This document shows, in pieces, positions 1-8,276 of a DNA stretch of 64,000 nt (the stretch's first letter is position 1; every line of letters starts with the position of its first letter). The notes beneath the pieces were generated by a model. The model was not told where the DNA came from, did not search any database, and worked only from the letters and a program-made list of their open reading frames with translations. Origin of the DNA: a virus; IMG/VR virus record IMGVR_UViG_3300046532_004322, positions 1 to 64,000 of that record; one strand, 5' to 3'. The position numbers and the translations under genes were made by a program.

Positions 1-348
1 ATACACTAATTTAGAAATATCAGCTTGTATCATTAACTTAGAGCACTCCAAGCAAGGAGATAGGGTGGTATACATCGTAGCCCCTTTACTGGATTGAGTG
101 GATTTAGCTAATTTAGTTATAGCATTACTCTCCGCATGAAGAACTTCTGGCTTTGTCACTAAGGAACCTTCAAGTTCAATTTCGCAATTATTGTCAAAAC
201 CTTTAGGGGTTCCATTATATCCATCAGAAATAATAGATCCATTTTTAACAATTAAACATCCAACCTTTTTTCTTTTAGCATTAGATAAAGAGGCCCATAT
301 TAAAGCCATCTTTAGATAAGCTAAATCAAGATCTTTCTGACTGGCCAT
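1..348 (-). CDS. dCMP deaminase (3' end runs off the window)
   Basis: Translated by hand (not in ORF track): MASQKDLDLAYLKMA...KKVGCLIVKNGSIISDGYNGTP...VLHAESNAI...TTLSPCLECSK. It has the HAE and PCxxC zinc motifs. The ATG at 346-348 overlaps the nrdB stop (TAATG). Confidence 0.93.
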   Translation of the reverse strand, partial: MASQKDLDLAYLKMALIWASLSNAKRKKVGCLIVKNGSIISDGYNGTPKGFDNNCEIELEGSLVTKPEVLHAESNAITKLAKSTQSSKGATMYTTLSPCLECSKLMIQADISKLVY

Positions 349-1361
349 TAGAAGTCATCTTCTAATGAACCTACTTGCTGATATTCCCTAACTCTCCTTT
401 CGAAGAAATTGCCCATAGCCTGAACATCTACAGCTTCGCCTAGCCAAGGAAAAGGGTTATGATCGCTAGGGAATCTAAAATCAAGACCGATAGACTCTAA
501 CCTTCTGTTTCCTATATAATGCATATAATCTATAAACATTTCTGCATTTAATCCCAGTATCCCCGTAGGAAGAACGTCATGAGAATATTTTATTTCTAGA
601 TCCACGGCCTTTTTGATATGTTCTACGAATTCTTGCTGTATTGATTTAGTCCAAATAGAAGGGTTTTGTTCAATTAATGTATTTATTATATAAACACCGA
701 AAGAAATATGAGAACTTTCATCCCTTAGGGTATATTTAATTTGATCAGATATACCCTGAAGCTTATTCTGCCTACCGAGAGAAAGCAGCATTGCGAACCC
801 GCTAAAGAAAAAAGTTCCCTCACAAACTATATAATAAGTTAATAAGTTCCTTAATATTTCTTGTTTCCCAGCTCTCGTAGAGGCATTAAATCCATCCCTG
901 TTTATATCAGTAGTTATTTCCATTAGGAAATCATCTTTGGCTTTAATACTAGGAACGTTTTGATAGGCGGCAAAAACTTCTTCTATATTAAGGTCGAGAC
1001 TATCGCATATATATACTATAGTTAAATTATGCAAACTCTCTTCGTAGGCTTGTCTTAGTATATATTGACGACATTCTGCATCTGAAATATGTTTAAAGGC
1101 AGAAAGAAGAAGATTATTTCCAACAAGAGATTCGCTTCCAGCGAAAAAACCCAAACACCTCCTTACGAGAAGCTTTTCAGCATCAGATATTTCATCCCCA
1201 TTCCACTGCTTAATGTCTTCTTGCATGGATATCTCAGTAGGCATCCAATTGTTTGCGCAGCTACTTAAGAAAAGATCCCAAGCAAATTTATGCTTATGAG
1301 GTAAAATTCTATTTACAACAGAAATTTCGTTGGTTAATAAGTCTCCAGATTTATCATTCAT
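348..1361 (-). CDS. nrdB: Ribonucleotide reductase beta subunit with class Ic (R2c) signature
   Basis: Ferritin-like ligands E77, E108xxH111, E181, E215xxH218; W39; C-terminal NFFERRVREY. First ligand is Glu, and Ile115 occupies the radical-Tyr position. Confidence 0.96.
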   Translation of the reverse strand: MNDKSGDLLTNEISVVNRILPHKHKFAWDLFLSSCANNWMPTEISMQEDIKQWNGDEISDAEKLLVRRCLGFFAGSESLVGNNLLLSAFKHISDAECRQYILRQAYEESLHNLTIVYICDSLDLNIEEVFAAYQNVPSIKAKDDFLMEITTDINRDGFNASTRAGKQEILRNLLTYYIVCEGTFFFSGFAMLLSLGRQNKLQGISDQIKYTLRDESSHISFGVYIINTLIEQNPSIWTKSIQQEFVEHIKKAVDLEIKYSHDVLPTGILGLNAEMFIDYMHYIGNRRLESIGLDFRFPSDHNPFPWLGEAVDVQAMGNFFERRVREYQQVGSLEDDF

Positions 1362-1370
1362 ACGATAAGC

Positions 1371-1399
1371 ATTATATCAGAAAAAAAATATAACGTCAA
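1371..1399 (-). promoter_or_regulatory. Sigma70-type promoter of nrdB
   Basis: TTGACG-N17-TATAAT with extended -10 TGn, 9 nt upstream of the ATG. Confidence 0.75.
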
Positions 1400-1408
1400 G
1401 AATAAAAT

Positions 1409-3484
1409 TTAGATCACTAGAATTTTACCAACAGAAAAAGGCGAACTGTTCAGAAACGGATTCATGTAGAAATAAACTCCTTTTTCAGAAGGAGTAAAAC
1501 TCATAGTTTCACCTTCGGAGACTAATTGAGGGGAAACTCCAGATGTAAGATTGGATGTTTCTCCTAAAGTAGGAACGTCTTTAATGCACAGTTTTTGCCC
1601 GAATCCAGTAAGATTTTTCATATTTAAAGTGTCACCGACTTTGATAACTATATGGGGAGTAGTTTTAGAAAATGTTCCAGAAGAGTAAATAGGCTCAAGC
1701 CTATGCTCTCCTTCTAGTTTGAAATGAGCATTCGTACCACCCGTAAAAGAACTGTCTATATCGTATGTTTTATTAAGAGCCGAATTTAATATAATCTCAT
1801 CTCTCCAGTTTGATTTATATGTTATAACGGAAACGTTCTCCCAGCTTTGCGTTCCAAGGATACTTCTTTTGTCATTAAAATCTCCATAGCCAAACCATTC
1901 GTTGGTCTTTTCGCCTGCAAAATCACAAGGAGACTTTACCCATTCATTTTCAGACGAATTGTATTCGTATACATGAAGTTCGCCCTTGAGTTGGTTAAAA
2001 AAGTCCGCATTAAAGGCTAAGACAGTAGGTGTATTATCTTGGTTATTTGAAAAATGAAGGCGGGCATTTCCATCTTCTATGTCATTGCCTATTTGAGAGT
2101 AAGCGCCAGTTTCGTCTTCTATGTTAAGGGAACTTTTGAAAGTAAAAGCAAAAGGACTGAAATTTTGATTCAAGGCCATTATTTTTAAATCATTTCCGTC
2201 GAGTTCATAACCAGGATTTACTTGACTAATAGTTTTTTCTAAAGTCCATGTTCCTTCAAAATCATCAATATTTGTAGGAGTTGGGGTTGATGCTGGGTCG
2301 TGAGGAAATTCATCATATTCCCAAATTTCTATAAAATGATTAGTGCCACCTCCATTATGCTTGAGTATACTAATTTTAGTCCCATCGATACTAAATCTTT
2401 CTGTAATGGCATGTATAGCATCCATCGACGAAGTATCTCCAAGCTCTTTCCATGAATTAGAACTTTCGTCATACTTCCTAATGTAGGTTGTTTGTTCAGA
2501 TTCTAAGCGGCCAACTATAATGTTACCGAGAGGATGTATAGACATGAAGTCATCACCTTCTGTGGTAGACACTATATCTTCTCCCATTTGAGTCAGCGTG
2601 GACCCGTCTATTTTATAAATTCGAACAAAAGCACTAACACTTTGGTTGGTTGATGTAATCCGACTATAATAAAAAACAGCAACCGAATCGTTTAAGGAAC
2701 AAAGCTCGACATTATACAGGATATGATCGGCAGGAATGTTTTGATGCCAATCTATATTGGAGGAATCCGCACTTTCTTCATATAATTTAGAAGAAGAGTT
2801 AAGCTCCATTAAGGAATACTTTAATTTCTTGGGCGAGGCCGTCTCTTCTCTCCTCCATATTAATTTGCCAAGAGAATAGTTAAATGAAACCCTCGGAGAA
2901 AGGTCATCTTCTCCGCTTGCAAACGGAACTTCATGCTCAAGCTCCCCAAGGCTTTCCGAGAACCATTGGCATCCAGCCGTTTTAGTTGGGCTTGAGGTAG
3001 GAGTTGGGCTAAGGGTTGCCGTAGGAGTTACTGTAGGAGTTATGGTAATCGTATTAGTTATAGTGGGGGAGACTGTCATTGTGGGAGTCTCTATTCCTTT
3101 ACATTCCTCGCAGCTAGCATAATCTCCAGTATAATCTTCTCTAACCTCTTCTATCGGAGCATTATCTCCAACCTTCCTGAAGCAAACTCCGCCGATTTTA
3201 ACAAAATCTGGGGCACCATGAGGTAGTGATACGTGCGCACTATTACCACCGAACGTAGGGCCACCGCCCGTTCCGTAGGTATAGGTATAGTCAGCATTAC
3301 TTAAATAATAACTAGGGAAATTAGATACAAAGATTTCTTGACCCTCTTCAAGGTCTTCAAGTAAAGAACTGTTAGCTTCTTTTATTTCATCCGAAGTAGT
3401 CTCATACATAAAGGCTATGTCTTTAATAGTTTCACCTTCTGAAACTGTATGAATTATTCTAAGATCTGTTTCTTCTTCACTCAT
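1409..3484 (-). CDS. Modular putative virion/surface protein: LysM, Cys module, Thr/Pro linker, beta-propeller-like region, cupredoxin-like domain
   Basis: N-terminal HTVSEGETIKDIA...EIKEAN...LEEGQEIFV (LysM); TPTMTVSPTITNTITITPTVTPT linker; repeated VRIYK/IEIWEY/LHVYEY..W strands; C-terminal IKVGDTL...FTPSEKGVYFY...GKILV. Confidence 0.7.
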   Translation of the reverse strand: MSEEETDLRIIHTVSEGETIKDIAFMYETTSDEIKEANSSLLEDLEEGQEIFVSNFPSYYLSNADYTYTYGTGGGPTFGGNSAHVSLPHGAPDFVKIGGVCFRKVGDNAPIEEVREDYTGDYASCEECKGIETPTMTVSPTITNTITITPTVTPTATLSPTPTSSPTKTAGCQWFSESLGELEHEVPFASGEDDLSPRVSFNYSLGKLIWRREETASPKKLKYSLMELNSSSKLYEESADSSNIDWHQNIPADHILYNVELCSLNDSVAVFYYSRITSTNQSVSAFVRIYKIDGSTLTQMGEDIVSTTEGDDFMSIHPLGNIIVGRLESEQTTYIRKYDESSNSWKELGDTSSMDAIHAITERFSIDGTKISILKHNGGGTNHFIEIWEYDEFPHDPASTPTPTNIDDFEGTWTLEKTISQVNPGYELDGNDLKIMALNQNFSPFAFTFKSSLNIEDETGAYSQIGNDIEDGNARLHFSNNQDNTPTVLAFNADFFNQLKGELHVYEYNSSENEWVKSPCDFAGEKTNEWFGYGDFNDKRSILGTQSWENVSVITYKSNWRDEIILNSALNKTYDIDSSFTGGTNAHFKLEGEHRLEPIYSSGTFSKTTPHIVIKVGDTLNMKNLTGFGQKLCIKDVPTLGETSNLTSGVSPQLVSEGETMSFTPSEKGVYFYMNPFLNSSPFSVGKILVI

Positions 3485-3488
3485 CTAA

Positions 3489-4463
3489 TTAAACTTTAAA
3501 TTCATCAAAGAACTGCGTGTAGGCTTCGTTCATGATTTCCCAATTGTTTCCATTTACTAAAGTGTTAGAGAAGTACCAAGCGACAATACTCCAATGAGTG
3601 CCGTTACTGCTACTTTCTGATCCCATTTGGCCTATAGATAAAACGGTGGATAACTGGTTACCTGGCGGAGAAAATAAGCTGGAAGTTAAAACCTCGGAAC
3701 CTATTTCTGGTATGGAAAATTCATGAGGGTTTATTGGAAACTGCAAAGGAATGCTCCCCGAGTATTTAAGAAGACCTCCATCAGGACAACCAATTGCTCC
3801 ACCCACTCCGCCAAAAGAACTATTTCTAACCCATTGCTCATCAACAGATATACCCTGTTTGAAGGCGAACATAACAGCTGTAGAAAGATATTGAAAACCT
3901 CCTATATGACAAGCAGGTACAGAAGGTTGAAAAGCAGCGGCATTATCATCAAGGAATTTTTGATCATCATAGCTCCATAGGCAAGAAATACTATTAAAGA
4001 AATGGCTAATTCTTTCATCAGAAAAAGATATACTTGAAGAAGCTGGATTAGAACAAGGAGAGCTTATGTTAAAAGGAGTTAAGGTCGGCGTTGAATTAGG
4101 AGGAAGTTCTGGAGTTAAACTTGGAGTGGGCGTAATGGCGGGAGGGGTAAGAGTAGGAGTCATCGCGAGAGTAAGAGTGGGAGTCATCGCGAGAGTAAGA
4201 GTGGGAGTTTCTGCAGGAGTGGCAGTAAGAGTAACTGTGGGAGTAAGAGTCTTTGTGGGGGTCTCGTGAATAAGTAAACAGGAATCACAATCCGCAAAGT
4301 CTCCAGAATAATCAGTCCTTATGTCATTAGGTAAAACTTTTTCGTTGGTTCTCTGGTAGCATTCTCCTTCAACGAGAACAAAATCTGGAGCTTCTGCAGG
4401 GAGAGCGACTTCAGAAGGAGATGCGCCTAAAGACTTATAAATAAAATTTTCTTCACCAGACAT
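3489..4463 (-). CDS. Cys-module and Thr/Pro-linker protein with a unique C-terminal domain
   Basis: N-terminal LPAEAPDFVLVEGECY...DYSGDFADCDSC is homologous to aa ~85-130 of 1409..3484. It is followed by a ~65-aa TP-rich tract. Confidence 0.7.
   Translation of the reverse strand: MSGEENFIYKSLGASPSEVALPAEAPDFVLVEGECYQRTNEKVLPNDIRTDYSGDFADCDSCLLIHETPTKTLTPTVTLTATPAETPTLTLAMTPTLTLAMTPTLTPPAITPTPSLTPELPPNSTPTLTPFNISSPCSNPASSSISFSDERISHFFNSISCLWSYDDQKFLDDNAAAFQPSVPACHIGGFQYLSTAVMFAFKQGISVDEQWVRNSSFGGVGGAIGCPDGGLLKYSGSIPLQFPINPHEFSIPEIGSEVLTSSLFSPPGNQLSTVLSIGQMGSESSSNGTHWSIVAWYFSNTLVNGNNWEIMNEAYTQFFDEFKV
4147..4208 (-). repeat. 24-bp tandem repeat (~2.5 copies) encoding TPTLTLAM
   Basis: gtaagagt(a/g)ggagtcatcgcgaga repeated on the + strand. 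Confidence 0.85.
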
Positions 4464-4466
4464 AAG

Positions 4467-4565
4467 TTATTTAGTGCTTTTCTTAAGTATTTTAGATCTA
4501 TTAAGAACATTAGACTTTCTTACAACCGAAGACCTTTGTAGAGAATTTGTGAGACTGACCGCCAT
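4467..4565 (-). CDS. Small basic peptide, 32 aa
   Basis: MAVSLTNSLQRSSVVRKSNVLNRSKILKKSTK fills the gap between the GTGTAA motif (4577-4582) and the next ATG, ending 3 nt before it. Confidence 0.5.
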   Translation of the reverse strand: MAVSLTNSLQRSSVVRKSNVLNRSKILKKSTK

Positions 4566-4576
4566 AATAAAGTATG

Positions 4577-4582
4577 TTACAC
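4577..4582 (-). promoter_or_regulatory. Putative phage late-promoter motif GTGTAA
   Basis: The same GTGTAW motif recurs upstream of starts at 5379, 20560/20570, 30171, 54461, 56700 and 61009. Confidence 0.55.
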
Positions 4583-4609
4583 AAAAACTATGCTATTTTT
4601 AAAATGATT

Positions 4610-4942
4610 TTACTTTCTTTTAATTTTACCCTTTAGCCAAATAGAAGCATTGTTAATAAAAGTTAATATATAATGTAGAGAACAACAACTAAAAATTAAT
4701 AACAAAACAACTAGGAAACCCATAAGCGGAGTTCTGTAATCGACAGAGGGATCGACAAAAGAGCGTTTTGTTTCTTTTGTTTTTCGGTGGTTTTTAAATT
4801 CTTCTTTAGAAATAGTTCCGTCTTTATCAGAATCAATTTCAGAAAAAGATATCACCTTTGGTTGAATATTGTTTTTTTTAGAGACTTCCGTTTTAACGGA
4901 ACAAGCGCATAAGAAAATACAAAATAAAAATGCAATTCTCAC
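4610..4942 (-). CDS. Lipoprotein with EF-hand and C-terminal TM helix (u-spanin-like topology)
   Basis: Signal peptide with lipobox LCA-C14; canonical EF-hand loop DSDKDGTISKEE (37-48); hydrophobic LMGFLVVLLLIFSCCSL; basic tail. Confidence 0.6.
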   Translation of the reverse strand: MRIAFLFCIFLCACSVKTEVSKKNNIQPKVISFSEIDSDKDGTISKEEFKNHRKTKETKRSFVDPSVDYRTPLMGFLVVLLLIFSCCSLHYILTFINNASIWLKGKIKRK

Positions 4943-5370
4943 CTTCTTTTACTTGGTATAGCATAAAAGCCGACAACCATAAAGCAAAGATCCATGAAGG
5001 AAGAGAGCATTAAACCACCAGTTAGTTCTACAACTTTCCATTCATCAGCACCAAAGATCCACGAAAAGAAACCAAGTCTGCTTTCTCCAGTAGGGACGAT
5101 CACGGTATATGAAATGTCTGGGTTGAGGGCGTAATATATCATTAAAAAACACATTGTAAAAGTTATGCTCATAAATAAAAGCCTTCTAGTAACCTTGACA
5201 AAAGGGTCGCTAGCCTGCTTAATCTGATTATCTAGTATCGCTTGCAGTAGTTCAGAGTCTCTTGCGGCAAGCATCATTTGATCCTGCCTTTTCTGATCCA
5301 ACCAAGCATTTATAAGGTTGCAAAGTAATTTTATGCCCGCACCTATAATGGTATTCAATACTGGCCCCAT
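4939..5370 (-). CDS. Putative holin (3TM/GTA-holin-like)
   Basis: N-terminal amphipathic/hydrophobic helix, SDPFVKVTRR, two TM segments, ends with GFY plus a basic tail. Confidence 0.55.
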   Translation of the reverse strand: MGPVLNTIIGAGIKLLCNLINAWLDQKRQDQMMLAARDSELLQAILDNQIKQASDPFVKVTRRLLFMSITFTMCFLMIYYALNPDISYTVIVPTGESRLGFFSWIFGADEWKVVELTGGLMLSSFMDLCFMVVGFYAIPSKRR

Positions 5371-5395
5371 AAAATGTAATACACTAAAAAATGTA

Positions 5396-6250
5396 TTATG
5401 ATTTAAAATCTTTTTTACCAGAAGACACCGCAGCTGAATATTGCTCCCAGTCTTTTTCTGGTCTAACTTTAAGGTTTGTGTCCCAAGCGGCTTTTAAAAT
5501 TATAGGGTCAAGATCAAGATCGGACATTATGTTAATTAAGGAATTTATATCTTTAGGGAAGCAGGTTCCCCCGAAGCCCTTCTTTCCATCATTACCAGGG
5601 ACTTCGTAATGAGTTCTACCTATCCTGCCATCTGAGATAACACCTTTTATTATTTCATTATAATCTAAATCCAGTTTATCGATGAGAAGACTCATTTCAT
5701 TAAAAAACGCTATCTTGACAGAGAAAAAACAATTAGCAATATACTTAACGCATTCAGAAGAATTACTGTTCATTACAAAATTAGGAACTCCAGGAAATCT
5801 GTTTTCAAAAAGATTGACTACGCTTGAAGTATCAGAAGGATCTTTCGTGTACCCAAAAACATTTCGCGAGCAAGTTATAAAATCAAGCTTGGCATTTCTA
5901 GCTGTTAAAAATTCAGGAGAATGAATTATATTTAAATTAGGGTACTTCTCACCAAGAATAGATGTAGTACCTACTGGAACCGTAGATTTAATTATAAATG
6001 TACAATTAGGGTTATATGAAGAGGCTTCTTCAAATACAGATTCTATAATGGATGTATCACACTTGCCTCCATCTTTAATTGACATGGGAGTAGGGACGCA
6101 AACAAAAACGAACTCTTGAAGAAGAACTTCCTCAAGGGGGTTTAACCTTCTTTTTTCATCTTTATCAAAAATTTTAACTTCACAAAAAGACGAGAAGCCA
6201 GAAGCAATAGCCGATCCGACGAATCCATTACCTACTATTCCAACGCTCAT
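5396..6250 (-). CDS. ugd: UDP-glucose/GDP-mannose 6-dehydrogenase family (short form)
   Basis: GNGFVG Rossmann motif, CVPTP, KSTVPVG, SPEFL, KYIAN, and GFGGTCFPKD with the catalytic Cys. Confidence 0.88.
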   Translation of the reverse strand: MSVGIVGNGFVGSAIASGFSSFCEVKIFDKDEKRRLNPLEEVLLQEFVFVCVPTPMSIKDGGKCDTSIIESVFEEASSYNPNCTFIIKSTVPVGTTSILGEKYPNLNIIHSPEFLTARNAKLDFITCSRNVFGYTKDPSDTSSVVNLFENRFPGVPNFVMNSNSSECVKYIANCFFSVKIAFFNEMSLLIDKLDLDYNEIIKGVISDGRIGRTHYEVPGNDGKKGFGGTCFPKDINSLINIMSDLDLDPIILKAAWDTNLKVRPEKDWEQYSAAVSSGKKDFKS

Positions 6251-7269
6251 TTCCAGTAAGAATATATATCTTTTTCTATTTCGTAATCCATAAACCCGAC
6301 TTCTCTATCAGGTTGTTCTTTGGCCCAGAAAAACATTTCAGTAATAAGATCAAGGAGATTGGTTTTATCATTGAATTTCAAAAGATCTTTGGCTTTATCA
6401 TGGTTGCAATAAGCATCCTTCACTTCTTCTCTTGCTTCTCCATGTTCTATCTTTACGTCAAGCATAAAACTTTTTGCAATTTTCTTAACTGAAGTAGCCG
6501 TTTCATTCAGGGAGAAATGCTTATCGGCGCCAACATTAAAGATTTCACCATTATAATCATCAAGTAATAAATGCAATGGATCCATGTAGTATTTTATATC
6601 GGAGAAAGCTCTAGTCTGCTCGCCGTCGCCGTAAATAATTAAAGGCTCATTTTTTAATGATTTTCTTATAAAAATTCCTATTACATTTCGATATTTATCC
6701 CATATGTTTTGATATATACCTAATACATTATGAGGTCTAACTATATTATATCTTAAACCAAATTGTTTTGAAGCGTTTTCTATATCTTGCTCTACAGTAT
6801 ATTTTGCTATACCGTATGGATCGCAAGGTGTAGGTCTAAGGTCTTCTGTAAAAGGGGGAGCGCTACATCCATAGACAGCCATAGATGAGGTAAATATTAA
6901 TTTGCTATCATGATTGACGCAATTATTTATAACAGAAGCAGAAGCAATTACGTTATTCTGATAATTAAATACCCTAACAAATGGAGAAAGCCCCTCGGAT
7001 GCATATGCCGCAAAATGATATGTCGCTTCAGGCTTATGTTTTTCATAAATATCAGATAACTCTTTGAAGTCTTTGTCTAGAGATATTTTATAGAATTTAA
7101 AATTTTTACCTTCGGGAAGATAGTCAGAATAACTCCCGAACATATTATCTATTCCAATAACATTGTAGCCCTTTTTAAGTAAGAACCTGCTAAAATGATT
7201 TCCTAAAAGTCCAGCGCAACCCGTGACTAGTATGGTTTTGCCGTGATTGAATGCCGATATAGTTTTCAT
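6247..7269 (-). CDS. NAD-dependent nucleotide-sugar epimerase/dehydratase
   Basis: TGCAGLLG, HFAA, TSSMAVYG, YGIAK, GDGEQTRAF. Confidence 0.92.
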   Translation of the reverse strand: MKTISAFNHGKTILVTGCAGLLGNHFSRFLLKKGYNVIGIDNMFGSYSDYLPEGKNFKFYKISLDKDFKELSDIYEKHKPEATYHFAAYASEGLSPFVRVFNYQNNVIASASVINNCVNHDSKLIFTSSMAVYGCSAPPFTEDLRPTPCDPYGIAKYTVEQDIENASKQFGLRYNIVRPHNVLGIYQNIWDKYRNVIGIFIRKSLKNEPLIIYGDGEQTRAFSDIKYYMDPLHLLLDDYNGEIFNVGADKHFSLNETATSVKKIAKSFMLDVKIEHGEAREEVKDAYCNHDKAKDLLKFNDKTNLLDLITEMFFWAKEQPDREVGFMDYEIEKDIYSYWK

Positions 7270-8276
7270 TTGAAACCTTTTGCTTTTAATTTAACCATTA
7301 CTTGCTTGATTGCCATCCACATGTCAAGATATTTATAGGTGGCAAGCCTTCCCAGAAATATAGTGTTAGGGTCGGATTCTGCCATCAGTTTATATTTCTT
7401 ATATATTCCAGGGCCATCTCCGAAAGTTTTAGGGTAAATTGGGTCATTTTTATTGGAGTCGTATTCTTCTGGGAAATCTCTAGTATGAACAGTATATTCT
7501 ACATCTTCATTCAAATATACACTACTATCCATCGTCCTGTTAAAAGGTTTTGTGTTGCATTCGTTTATAACTGCTCCAGAATCCCAAGAGTAAGCGGGGT
7601 CTTTTTTAACCCTTGTGTGTTCAAAGACTAGGGATCTGTAAGGAAGGTGGCCGAAAAGAAGGTTAAAATATTCAGATACCCTACCCGTCCATATTAACTT
7701 ATCGCATTTTAAATTTTTCCAGCTATTTCTATCAACCCCAAGATTAACCTTTATACCTTCCAACATCGATTTGAACATTTCCGAATATCCGTTTTCAGGT
7801 ATACCCTGATATTTATCTGTAAAATATCTATCATCATAGTCATCTCTTTTATTGGGAACCCTGCCACTTATACTTTTGGGTAAATCTTCCCAAGGGACAC
7901 CCCAATGCCTTTCGGAGTAATCTTTAAATAACAAATCTTTGATTTCTTCTGGCGAAAGGTCTCTACCTAATTGATCAGCGGTTTTCTTATTGAAAGGTAT
8001 TGAAAGCAGCCCTTCTTTGGTGTTCGCCCTAACCCTGTGCTCGTAGTTATTAAATTTAGTATACCTATTTAAAAAATTCCAAACTTCTTCGTCGTTGGTA
8101 TGGAAAATATGGGAGCCATATTTATGAACAGTACATCCATCGGAATTTTTTTCGTCATAGCAATTGCCACCCACATGTTCTCTAGACTCGAAGATCTCGA
8201 CTTCATGACCGAGATCTCTTAATAAAATAGCGGAGGTGACTCCTGATAGACCGCAACCTATTATGTTAACTTTCAA
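7266..8276 (-). CDS. glf: UDP-galactopyranose mutase
   Basis: GCGLSG FAD motif, HVGGNCYD, HKYGSHIFHT, YQGIP, LPYRSL, GRLATYKYLDM. Confidence 0.95.
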   Translation of the reverse strand: MKVNIIGCGLSGVTSAILLRDLGHEVEIFESREHVGGNCYDEKNSDGCTVHKYGSHIFHTNDEEVWNFLNRYTKFNNYEHRVRANTKEGLLSIPFNKKTADQLGRDLSPEEIKDLLFKDYSERHWGVPWEDLPKSISGRVPNKRDDYDDRYFTDKYQGIPENGYSEMFKSMLEGIKVNLGVDRNSWKNLKCDKLIWTGRVSEYFNLLFGHLPYRSLVFEHTRVKKDPAYSWDSGAVINECNTKPFNRTMDSSVYLNEDVEYTVHTRDFPEEYDSNKNDPIYPKTFGDGPGIYKKYKLMAESDPNTIFLGRLATYKYLDMWMAIKQVMVKLKAKGFK

